Under the pieces are notes generated by a model. That model ran no database searches. It was given only the letters and a program-made list of their open reading frames with translations, and was not told the DNA's origin. Of a DNA stretch of 26,414 nucleotides, positions 9,927 through 17,617 are shown piece after piece; within the stretch, counting starts at the first letter, position 1, and every line of letters begins with the position of its first letter. Location of the stretch: the IMG/VR virus record IMGVR_UViG_3300030372_001516, positions 1 through 26,414 of that record; one strand, 5' to 3'. The stretch is from a virus. Its lineage: Duplodnaviria > Caudoviricetes. The position numbers were made by a program, and so were the translations under genes.

Positions 9927-12148
9927 TATGCTCTATTGACTCCATAAATTGTTAAATTAATTTTGTGTGCACCACTCCCACCTGCAAATAGTAATTGGAA
10001 ACCATTACAAATATTTGCTTGTGTGTCGTTTAAATATCCATGTCCTATAGCAATTCTTGATGAACCATTACTACCTTCTCCACCTAACATATACACTACT
10101 GATGGTGATACTTGTCCTTTAGAGTCGTTAGCATCAGAATCCCAACGACCGCCTGCACCATTGTTAAAGTACAACCAACCATTCATAGGGTCTTTATCAC
10201 CACTATTTGTTTGCTGAATAAGAGTAATTTTATCTGCCGCATCTGTAGTAATTCTTTTCTCTGAATTGTTGTGTGTTAAACCTAAAGTGGTTTGTCTGTA
10301 GTCTGAATTCGTAAGAGCAGAGCCATCGTCTAAAAATCTCATTTGTATATCACCTTGTCCTGATTGTGAGAGAGCATGAACAATTACATAGTAATTATCA
10401 TAAGTAGAGTCAAACCCTGTGAAAGAATAAGATGTTGTGTTCCCACTAGCATTATATTCATTGACTGCGCTTATTACTGCAAGACCACCACCACCTCCAG
10501 GAGTTGCAAATTTTAAACCTGTAGCTGTAGAACTGTCAGCAGTAAGTACTTGGTCGTTGCTTCCAACAGCCAAAGTCTGTGGGTTTCCTGAACCATCACC
10601 AACTAAAATGCTTCCTTTGGTTGATAAATCTATTGCTGTTATAGCACTCGTTCCGTTTCCTATCAGAACGCCATTTGCAGTTAAACTTGTAGCTCCTGTG
10701 CCACCACTACCTACTGCAAGAGTTGCTGATAATCCAGCAGCAGTACCTGATGTATTTTGGTTACCAGCGCTATTAACTCCTGGTAAATCTATATTTCCTG
10801 TGCCGTCAAATGAAACTCCACCTATATTTCTTGCAGTCTCTAATGCTGTAGCTGTTGCTGAATTTCCTGTACACGAACCTGATGAGCCTGAAGTATTGCC
10901 TGTGACATTACCTGTAATATTTCCAGCAAATCCTGTGGCAGTCAAAACTCCACTGCTTGAATTAAATGCAAGGTTTGAGCCTGACTTAGGCGCTAAATCT
11001 CCTGTTGCTGCCGTAACAAATAATGGGAAACAGGTTGTATCGCTACTTTCATCTGCAACTGTAACATTTGTAGATGTAGTTGCTGTAGCCGAGTTTCCTG
11101 TACAAGAGCCTGAACTGCCTGATGTGTTACCTGTTACATCTCCTGTCAAATCTCCTGCAAATCCAGTTGCTGTAAGAACACCTGAACTTGAGTTGAAAGC
11201 AAGATTGCTTCCTGATTTAGGAGCAAGATCACCTGTTGCTGCAGTTACAAACAAAGGAAAACATGTGGTGTCAGATGATTCGTCAGCTACAGTGACATTT
11301 GTTGATGTAGTTGCGGTTGCTGCTGTGCCACTTGTGTTTTGATTTCCTGCTGAGTTTACACCAGGTAGGTCAATGTTTGCTGTGCCATCAAAAGATACAC
11401 CACCAATGTTTCGTGCAGTCTGCAAAGCTGTTGCTGTTGCTGCGTTGCCTGTGGTTGAACCTGATGTGCCACTTACATTTCCTGTAACATTTCCTGTAAT
11501 ATTGCCTGAAAACGTGCCTGATAATACATCTGTGCTTGAGTTGAAAGTCAATCCTGATGCTGTCTTTGGCCCTAAGTCGCCAGTCGCTGCTGTGACAAAA
11601 AGAGGAAAACAACTGGTATCTGACGACTCATCTGCAACTGTTATTGCAGTAGGCGTTGATGCAAAATAACTTTTTGCTGTATCAAGACCAACTCTTTTCA
11701 AAGTACCTGCATCTGAAATTAAAAGCTCATCAGCGTCTGCAACACCTGATGATAATTCTGTTTGACCTGAGATGACATTGTCATTAAGCATACCAGCTTC
11801 AACAGCATCATTTTGTATTGTTACTGCACCATTGGTTGCTATTGCTATATCGCCTGAAATAACCACAGGGTTAAAATTTGTGCCATCTGCAATTAAAGCT
11901 GCCCCACTTGTATTGGTAGACATGAATAAATCATCGCCTGATATAGTCACATCACCTGTAAAAGTAGCATTTCCTGAAACACTTAATGCTCCCGAAGATG
12001 TAACAGTTGTAGCTGTCAAATCAGGCATATTCGCTGCAACATTTGCAAGAGTTACTGCTACAGATGTGTCTGAGTCAGTAATTGCAAACAAAGCACTACT
12101 ACTAGGGGTGCTTGTTGTTGTCAGTTCTGAAAATTTCTTTGTTGCCAT
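9926..12148 (-). CDS. Long tail fibre protein with internal repeats
   Basis: T/S/G/A-rich; MATKKFSEL N-terminal anchor; GNITGNVTGN and TARNIGGVSFDGT repeats; LAVGSGGTGAT motif; distinct C-terminal receptor-binding-type domain. Confidence 0.88.
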   Translation of the reverse strand: MATKKFSELTTTSTPSSSALFAITDSDTSVAVTLANVAANMPDLTATTVTSSGALSVSGNATFTGDVTISGDDLFMSTNTSGAALIADGTNFNPVVISGDIAIATNGAVTIQNDAVEAGMLNDNVISGQTELSSGVADADELLISDAGTLKRVGLDTAKSYFASTPTAITVADESSDTSCFPLFVTAATGDLGPKTASGLTFNSSTDVLSGTFSGNITGNVTGNVSGTSGSTTGNAATATALQTARNIGGVSFDGTANIDLPGVNSAGNQNTSGTAATATTSTNVTVADESSDTTCFPLFVTAATGDLAPKSGSNLAFNSSSGVLTATGFAGDLTGDVTGNTSGSSGSCTGNSATATTSTNVTVADESSDTTCFPLFVTAATGDLAPKSGSNLAFNSSSGVLTATGFAGNITGNVTGNTSGSSGSCTGNSATATALETARNIGGVSFDGTGNIDLPGVNSAGNQNTSGTAAGLSATLAVGSGGTGATSLTANGVLIGNGTSAITAIDLSTKGSILVGDGSGNPQTLAVGSNDQVLTADSSTATGLKFATPGGGGGLAVISAVNEYNASGNTTSYSFTGFDSTYDNYYVIVHALSQSGQGDIQMRFLDDGSALTNSDYRQTTLGLTHNNSEKRITTDAADKITLIQQTNSGDKDPMNGWLYFNNGAGGRWDSDANDSKGQVSPSVVYMLGGEGSNGSSRIAIGHGYLNDTQANICNGFQLLFAGGSGAHKINLTIYGVNRA
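10738..11641 (-). repeat. Intragenic module repeats A-B-A-A-B in tail fibre (boundaries approximate)
   Basis: Module A (TVADESSDTxCFPLFVTAATGDLxPK..., 77-aa period) x3 and module B (ALxTARNIGGVSFDGTxNIDLPGVNSAGNQNTSGTAA) x2. Confidence 0.95.
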
Positions 12149-12358
12149 TTATTGTGTTGTCCAAGTCGTTGTTGCTACTGCTGGTATATCTTGCCAGTCA
12201 TTCGGAGCTATATTTTTATTATCTTCTTGTTGGAAGATGTTTCCGTTTTCATCAGCAAGCAAAAATATATTATCTTCTGTCTCAAAATATCCTTGTGCTA
12301 CATCGCTTACATTTGTCCATGAAGTTGAACTTGCGCTTACCCCTGTCCATGTGGTCAT
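12149..12358 (-). CDS. Small acidic virion protein, possible fibre-attachment peptide
   Basis: TxWT motifs at both ends and repeated hydrophobic-x-E-[DN] motifs; between adaptor and fibre genes. Confidence 0.55.
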   Translation of the reverse strand: MTTWTGVSASSTSWTNVSDVAQGYFETEDNIFLLADENGNIFQQEDNKNIAPNDWQDIPAVATTTWTTQ

Positions 12359-12984
12359 TAGTATGCTCCGTAGTCAATTCTTGTAGTTGGTGCTACTCCT
12401 GAATGTCTGTCTCTTTCGTTTGAATCTATTATATCTTTTTTGGCTCTATCGTATAAAGCTGACCAAGTTTGTAGTCTTTTATCATTATAGAGATAAGGCT
12501 CTGCTTCAACTAATGCTGCGTAAAGATAAGCGTCAGGGTGAAATGTAAGCATGTCGTTAGTTGTGTTTGAATCTGATAAAGCTGTAAAATATTTAAAATA
12601 CAGCATTTCTATTTCGTATACTCCGTCAGGTATTGGTCTTAGCTGAAAGGTATTACCAATAATAGAATATGCTTTTGGTTTGCCTGTGTTGCTTCCTGCT
12701 CTAACTCTATCCATTTGCTCAGGAGTTAGATATTCTAAAGCTGTTTTAGGATCGGTGTTAAGTTGTATGTTACGCATAGCAACAAAATTATCGGGCAAAG
12801 TATAATATTCAGTATTTGCGATAGTACTTGCTGTCACCCTCGTCTCCATGCGCCTTATTTTAAAATCTCTTCTGTGTCTTGTCTCAGCAAGCGCAATAAA
12901 TTCAGGTATTCTATCATCTAAGTCTGTTCTATCTAACCAGTTAGATATAGCTGTTTTAAGTTCTGAGTAGTTTGTAAGTGCCAT
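12358..12984 (-). CDS. Head-tail adaptor (tail tubular A-like)
   Basis: MAL.NYSELK.AI..WL.R.DL...IP.FI.LAE...LP.NF...L.P.PD..Y...Y...PD.YLY.AL.EA.PYL..D.R pattern. Confidence 0.85.
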   Translation of the reverse strand: MALTNYSELKTAISNWLDRTDLDDRIPEFIALAETRHRRDFKIRRMETRVTASTIANTEYYTLPDNFVAMRNIQLNTDPKTALEYLTPEQMDRVRAGSNTGKPKAYSIIGNTFQLRPIPDGVYEIEMLYFKYFTALSDSNTTNDMLTFHPDAYLYAALVEAEPYLYNDKRLQTWSALYDRAKKDIIDSNERDRHSGVAPTTRIDYGAY

Positions 12985-13283
12985 TATATTTTTCTATTGG
13001 TTGTTTTTAAGTATCTATATTCAGGGCTATTGATTAATTTTTTAACGCCCTCTTTGTGATTTGGGTTAAACATATCAACCCCATATTTACTTTTCCATTC
13101 GTAATACACAGTCATAGGAATCCTTGCAGATAACCTAAAATCATCAGCTATGTGGTGATCTTCTTGTTGTAGTCGTTTGTTTGAGTCAATAAGGGGTTGA
13201 ATATCTTGCACATGCTCAATAGCCATTTCTTTTGTTGGTTCGTGCCAATGAAAGATTTGTCCATCATCAAGTTTGCGTTTCAT
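12984..13283 (-). CDS. Conserved phage head-region protein
   Basis: QDIQP.ID.NK...ARIP.....W....G.D.........K.LN.PEY.YL.T pattern recalled between capsid and adaptor genes; ATGA/TAATG coupling. Confidence 0.7.
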   Translation of the reverse strand: MKRKLDDGQIFHWHEPTKEMAIEHVQDIQPLIDSNKRLQQEDHHIADDFRLSARIPMTVYYEWKSKYGVDMFNPNHKEGVKKLINSPEYRYLKTTNRKI

Positions 13284-13564
13284 TCGCTTAACTCGTCTAT
13301 GTATAGATTTGCTGTGCCTGAAGCAACAATAGCTGCTACTTTCATACCGCCATCAATTTTAAATATCTCGTCATTGTTTGCTGCGAGATATGTTGAGCTT
13401 GTGGTTGCAGTTGGATTAGCACCAAAAGCCACATGAACGCCATTAGTGTCAGCTATGACTCTAATATATTCTGTACTTGCATTAGTTGCTGCAGTCTGTG
13501 CTGAACTATCACTTACAGTTCTTTTAATTGTATTGGTTACTCGTAATCCGTAGTTTGCTCCCAT
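13280..13564 (-). CDS. Small beta-rich virion protein (possible capsid spike/decoration)
   Basis: IRV.A....HVAFG.NPTAT motif; AGGAGA RBS. Confidence 0.65.
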   Translation of the reverse strand: MGANYGLRVTNTIKRTVSDSSAQTAATNASTEYIRVIADTNGVHVAFGANPTATTSSTYLAANNDEIFKIDGGMKVAAIVASGTANLYIDELSE

Positions 13565-13566
13565 AT

Positions 13567-13914
13567 TTATCTCCTAATTACAAATGTTACTAATAATTTT
13601 TGAGTTCCTGTAGAACCACCGTCTGTAATCATCTCAATAGTGCCATCTTCTTCAACTCTATTAGCTGCTGTTGGTACTGCTGAATCAACTGTACCTGCTG
13701 CTGAACCTGAGTGTGCAACTGTAATGCCACCACCTGTTACGGCAGTACCACCAATCTCAAATGTAATTGCAGCATTACCACCACTTATAGCTCCTTGTAG
13801 TGCAGTAATAATTTTAATTATTCTGCCACCATCTGCAACTGGTACAAATGTGCTTGATGCAGTAGATATATCTTCTATCTCTGCTGTTATAAAATAATCG
13901 TTTAATGTTCTCAT
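13567..13914 (-). CDS. Putative capsid decoration/cement protein
   Basis: Directly follows MCP; G/A/T-rich beta composition; GGAG RBS. Confidence 0.6.
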   Translation of the reverse strand: MRTLNDYFITAEIEDISTASSTFVPVADGGRIIKIITALQGAISGGNAAITFEIGGTAVTGGGITVAHSGSAAGTVDSAVPTAANRVEEDGTIEMITDGGSTGTQKLLVTFVIRR

Positions 13915-13920
13915 TAAATT

Positions 13921-14044
13921 TCTCCATGTTAATAACCCTCGTTCCGAAGCGATACCTCTTCAAGGTCATTATTAATTTGGTATCAAGTGAGGGGAGCAAA
14001 AACAATATGAGGAACTCCCCTCTGCATATATGACTATGCAAATC
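13921..14044 (-). promoter_or_regulatory. Structured intergenic RNA element downstream of MCP
   Basis: Inverted repeats 14023-28/14035-40, 13989-96/14015-22 and 13929-35/13969-75, the last enclosing two small hairpins. Confidence 0.55.
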
Positions 14045-14986
14045 CTATGATGTAGTTAAGTCCGCTATAGTTGCTGAACTTGCTTCATTCTTAGCAATTA
14101 GAGTCCATTCAGCTAAGAGTAGTCTCTTCTCTGCGTCTCCAGTTTTTGCTAATTCAACAGTTTGGAAAGGTCTTAAAAAGCCAGTAGCAAACATTTCTGT
14201 TTCAACTAATAAAGCACTTCTTCCTGAAGAACGAAGTATTCTATCAGCTACTACTCTGATTTCCCCAAAGTCTGAAACATAAACATCAATAGTAGCTACT
14301 AAGCTTCTATCTTCTGCCATGTCCATACGAGTTGAGTTACCAGTAAAACCTGATACTTTCTGTTTATTGAATGAGCCAACCAACATTAGATCAGGCTCTC
14401 CACCATTATCAAAACAAGATTTTAGTTCTGTTTTAAGTAAAGATTCTGTCAATGCTCTTTGAGTTCCGTCTGTAACATCCCCTGAAGAGTTTGAACCACC
14501 TGAACCATAAGAGTTGTTGGTAACAGTCCAAGATTCAAAACCTCTAGACTTTCTTGCAGCTCCACCATTACCTGAACCTGCTGTTGCATCGGTTTTACCA
14601 GTAAGGTCTAGCTCCATATCTCTTTTGAGTTCTTTACCAGCTTTAGCTATTTGATAAGCTAATTCTGAGTCTACTCCAGCATGTATGACTGCTTCTTGCG
14701 TACCTGAAACCATAACAGGATTATATGAAATCTGTGTATGGTTGAAAACACGAGTAGTAGCCGACAATGCTGCTGAAGGTGAGTCATCACCCTCGATTTG
14801 TGCGTTTGAAGCAGCAGATGCTAGTGTGTCAGTTTGCCATTCATGTTTGGTAAAAGTAGCTGTACCTGTACCAATAGATGACATAAACGGAGTGTCAGTT
14901 GGAGTAATATTATAAATAATATCCTGCAAATCTTCTCTGTTACCAACGGCATCATACGTTTCAAACGTATTACTTAATTGTGCCAT
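14045..14986 (-). CDS. Major capsid protein (HK97 fold, DUF5309-like)
   Basis: GNREDL.DIIYNI.P.DTPFMS.IG...HEWQTD.L...NA.IEGD...N.TQI...ELAYQ..K..KELKRDME...D.YVSDFG...LAKTGDAEK. Confidence 0.93.
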   Translation of the reverse strand: MAQLSNTFETYDAVGNREDLQDIIYNITPTDTPFMSSIGTGTATFTKHEWQTDTLASAASNAQIEGDDSPSAALSATTRVFNHTQISYNPVMVSGTQEAVIHAGVDSELAYQIAKAGKELKRDMELDLTGKTDATAGSGNGGAARKSRGFESWTVTNNSYGSGGSNSSGDVTDGTQRALTESLLKTELKSCFDNGGEPDLMLVGSFNKQKVSGFTGNSTRMDMAEDRSLVATIDVYVSDFGEIRVVADRILRSSGRSALLVETEMFATGFLRPFQTVELAKTGDAEKRLLLAEWTLIAKNEASSATIADLTTS

Positions 14987-15015
14987 TTTTGATTACCTAT
15001 GTTAAAAGTTAGTAT

Positions 15016-16071
15016 TTAAGACTTCATTAAGCCTTCAATCATTTTGGCTGCATCGCCAACTTTTCCTGAACGCTTGAGTCTTGCTTTTTGGCGCTTTATG
15101 TTTTCTTGATCTATTTCTGATTTAGGTGTTGATGTTCCAGGTTTAGTAACCTTTGGTACAACCTTTGCCTTTTTCTTTGAAATTTTGGTATCTAACAAGT
15201 TTTGATACAACATAGCTTTGTGTAGAACTTCAACAGAACGAGCATCAATAAGACTATCTACCTCTTGCTGTGTAAAGCCAGTCTGCATAGCAAAAGACTT
15301 TATTCTTGCTTTGAGTTTCGGCCCTTTATCAGGGTCGTTAAACTCAGGCAATTTCTCAGCCATTATTTGTTGTTGTTTTGTGAGTTCTTCACCCCACTTT
15401 TGTTGCATTTCTTGTTGTTGTTTGCTTAATTCGAGATTTTTTTGCTCTTCAGCGAGTCTGCGATTTTCTTGCAACTCTCTGTATTGGTCTCGTTTTATAG
15501 CATATTCCATTGGATCGTCTTGCTTGAGTTGTTCCCATTGAACTGATTTGAACTCCTCTAATTTGGAATCAGCTTGTTGGTTAAATTGTTCAAGTTGTGA
15601 AACATATCGCTGTCTTTCTTGTTGAGTCGCCTGAAGTTCATCGTCCATTTTTTTGCGTTGCTCTGCCAATACTTGACTTTTTCGTGTGTAATCAGCAGTC
15701 CTGCTATAACCTTGCTGTAGCTCCTCAAGAGTTACCTCAACGTCTTTACCATCAACTTTGATAGTATAACTTTGAGGTTCTTGGGTTTGCCCAGCTTGGT
15801 CTTGCTCGACTAAATCCTCTACAACTAACCCATCAGGATTAGCTGTTTCGTTTTCAACTGATTCGGCAGATTGCTCTGCCTGTGCAGAAGTATTTTCTTC
15901 TACTTCTGTTTGTTCTTCTTGCTCTGCAGGTTGTTCCGATGCTGGAGACTGTAGTTGTGCTTGAAGTAACGCTTTCTGTGCTGATGCAACATCAGTCACA
16001 GGAATTCCTTTATGCTTGCTTTCTTGTACAGGTATGTTGTCCTGTGGGGTAGGTCTAGTAATTTTAGCCAT
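15016..16071 (-). CDS. Capsid scaffolding protein
   Basis: Acidic disordered N-terminus; YTIKVDG..VEVTLEEL..GYSR.ADYTRK.Q.LAEQRK; coiled coil; immediately upstream of MCP. Confidence 0.88.
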   Translation of the reverse strand: MAKITRPTPQDNIPVQESKHKGIPVTDVASAQKALLQAQLQSPASEQPAEQEEQTEVEENTSAQAEQSAESVENETANPDGLVVEDLVEQDQAGQTQEPQSYTIKVDGKDVEVTLEELQQGYSRTADYTRKSQVLAEQRKKMDDELQATQQERQRYVSQLEQFNQQADSKLEEFKSVQWEQLKQDDPMEYAIKRDQYRELQENRRLAEEQKNLELSKQQQEMQQKWGEELTKQQQIMAEKLPEFNDPDKGPKLKARIKSFAMQTGFTQQEVDSLIDARSVEVLHKAMLYQNLLDTKISKKKAKVVPKVTKPGTSTPKSEIDQENIKRQKARLKRSGKVGDAAKMIEGLMKS

Positions 16072-16325
16072 TACTTACCTCCCTTGTTTTCTTCTTCAAT
16101 GATTTTACCATTTTCCATTGTATTAACTAACACCGATTTTGCTGTAAGGACTCCTCTAAGTGAATGATACAAAGCCTCTCTAGTTTCTGTGTCAGTTATC
16201 TCTGTTCTTATCCATTTTTGGTATATATCATTTTCGATAACACCATAAGATTTGATAAGCAGTGGGTTTTCCAACAACTCTTTTGCTTGTCTGCCCTCTG
16301 CTATTTGTGCATCTTTATCTGCCAT
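16071..16325 (-). CDS. Conserved small head-assembly-region protein
   Basis: G.QAK.LLENPLL...W......RE.LY pattern recalled between portal and scaffold; AGGAGA RBS. Confidence 0.75.
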   Translation of the reverse strand: MADKDAQIAEGRQAKELLENPLLIKSYGVIENDIYQKWIRTEITDTETREALYHSLRGVLTAKSVLVNTMENGKIIEEENKGGK

Positions 16326-16518
16326 TGTTTTCTCCTATCTGTTTGATTCTATCTGACAAATCGTCAGGTATAGCTCTTCTCCCAGTAAGATACCCCTTAA
16401 TTTTATTGACAGGTATGCCAGTTTTAAGGAATAGCTCATTGATTGAAACTCGGTGTTTCAACATCAAATGTTGTAATTCGTATTTTGTAATTTTATCTTT
16501 TTGCAAACGTCCGTACAT
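16315..16518 (-). CDS. Small Cro/C1(XRE)-like helix-turn-helix protein
   Basis: LMLKHRVSINELFLKTGIPVNKIKGYLTGRRAIP matches XRE HTH spacing; start uncertain. Confidence 0.6.
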   Translation of the reverse strand: MYGRLQKDKITKYELQHLMLKHRVSINELFLKTGIPVNKIKGYLTGRRAIPDDLSDRIKQIGENNGR

Positions 16519-16747
16519 TTCTTGGTTTTGGCCCAGTATTACCTGCGGCTCTCTTCCTTGATACTGCTGATCTAATTTGTGCTTTGGTCATTCTTGCAGC
16601 TTTGGCTGCTGGTACGCATTTTGGATATTTGCGTCCACTACCTTTGCCACGACCACATTTGTGATAGCCTCCACCTTTCTTTGGTGAGCCAATATCAACC
16701 CAATTTTCTTTAAACCATTTGGTAAGACCACCAGTAGACCTAGCCAC
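16493..16747 (-). CDS. Basic Cys-containing protein (DUF5872-like, C-terminal part)
   Basis: GGL.KWFKE.WVD...CGR......YPKCVP; GTG start with upstream GGAGG. Confidence 0.75.
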   Translation of the reverse strand: MARSTGGLTKWFKENWVDIGSPKKGGGYHKCGRGKGSGRKYPKCVPAAKAARMTKAQIRSAVSRKRAAGNTGPKPRNVRTFAKR

Positions 16748-16910
16748 TTCTATAGCCTCCGCCTCTTTTCTTATAGGTTCTAACTAGCCAAGCATTAGCA
16801 TAGGCAGATGGATAGACTTTAAACTTTCTTTTGGCCTCAGCTTTTACTCTTGAATACAAAGCAGGATTGGTAGGTATATTACGCCCTTTTTTTCTTACCT
16901 TTTTTGCCAT
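16740..16910 (-). CDS. Basic microprotein, 56 aa (DUF5872-like, N-terminal part)
   Basis: Hand translation MAKKVRKKGRNIPTNPALYSRVKAEAKRKFKVYPSAYANAWLVRTYKKRGGGYRSG. Confidence 0.8.
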   Translation of the reverse strand: MAKKVRKKGRNIPTNPALYSRVKAEAKRKFKVYPSAYANAWLVRTYKKRGGGYRSG

Positions 16911-16998
16911 TTTTTATGACACCTCTACCCATTAATATATCTGCTTTTGTAATTTTCCCGTCTTTGTTAAGGTCAGGAAACTTTCTTTTCTTTTTCAT
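16879..16998 (-). CDS. Basic microprotein, 39 aa, with EF-hand-like loop
   Basis: MKKKRKFPDLNKDGKITKADILMGRGVIKNGKKGKKKRA; ATGA coupling. Confidence 0.7.
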   Translation of the reverse strand: MKKKRKFPDLNKDGKITKADILMGRGVIKNGKKGKKKRA

Positions 16999-17141
16999 TT
17001 GCCCACCTTTTTCATAGCCAGTTTATGAGCTGCTGTAAAAGTTTTGCCAGCTTTCATTTGTCTGCGCATAAAAGCCATGTGTTTTGCAGTATGGTGTTTT
17101 TTATGTCTTTTAAGTGTATCTTCTTGTCTTTTGGTAAGCAT
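16995..17141 (-). CDS. Basic His-rich microprotein, 48 aa
   Basis: MLTKRQEDTLKRHKKHHTAKHMAFMRRQMKAGKTFTAAHKLAMKKVGK; TGATG and ATGA coupling. Confidence 0.75.
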   Translation of the reverse strand: MLTKRQEDTLKRHKKHHTAKHMAFMRRQMKAGKTFTAAHKLAMKKVGK

Positions 17142-17245
17142 CAATATGTCATCCTTCTTTTAGTCATCTTTTTTTTCTTTTTCATCATTTTTTTCTTTGG
17201 TCTGCCTTTTTTAGAACCATAAGTTCCTGTTCCCATTGGACACAT
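17141..17245 (-). CDS. Lys/Met-rich microprotein, 34 aa
   Basis: MCPMGTGTYGSKKGRPKKKMMKKKKKMTKRRMTY; AGGAGA RBS. Confidence 0.7.
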   Translation of the reverse strand: MCPMGTGTYGSKKGRPKKKMMKKKKKMTKRRMTY

Positions 17246-17255
17246 AATATTTCTC

Positions 17256-17462
17256 CTAAAATAAATTTAATATCTCTTGCATGTTATTGCTTAGAAGTGC
17301 AAATACAATGACTGCACCATAAACAATATATTTAAATCTAAATATCTCAATCTTGACATCTCGCATATCTTTCTCAATATGTTGCAGATGATTGTTTTTT
17401 ATATCGCTTATATCTTTTTTGATAATCTCGATTTCGAGATTGAGTTCGTTTAAGTCTTTCAT
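17256..17462 (-). CDS. Small coiled-coil protein with C-terminal transmembrane helix
   Basis: Heptad-like N-terminus with NHLQHIEKD, then YIVYGAVIVFALL. Confidence 0.7.
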   Translation of the reverse strand: MKDLNELNLEIEIIKKDISDIKNNHLQHIEKDMRDVKIEIFRFKYIVYGAVIVFALLSNNMQEILNLF

Positions 17463-17617
17463 GCTAGTGGCAACCTTTTGCGTTTTGGATAAGTGCTAAG
17501 TGCGATTGCTACTGCTTGTTTTTGAGGTTTACCCTCTTTTCTTAAAAGTTTAATTTTTTTAGATATAAGTTTTTGTCTTTGAATCTTGCCAAAGCCTGAG
17601 TGTTTTGGAAACGCCAT
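17459..17617 (-). CDS. Basic microprotein, 52 aa (KQAVAIALS motif, DUF6496-like)
   Basis: MAFPKHSGFGKIQRQKLISKKIKLLRKEGKPQKQAVAIALSTYPKRKRLPLA; TAATG overlap with portal stop, ATGA with next gene. Confidence 0.75.
   Translation of the reverse strand: MAFPKHSGFGKIQRQKLISKKIKLLRKEGKPQKQAVAIALSTYPKRKRLPLA

Noticed and set aside
9926-12148. Diversity-generating retroelement acting on the fibre
   Set aside because: No reverse transcriptase in the window; repeat differences are synonymous rather than adenine-specific
10437-12386. Long plus-strand ORFs (301, 98 and 204 aa)
   Set aside because: Antisense shadows of the T/S/G/A-rich tail fibre; composition mirrors the complementary codons
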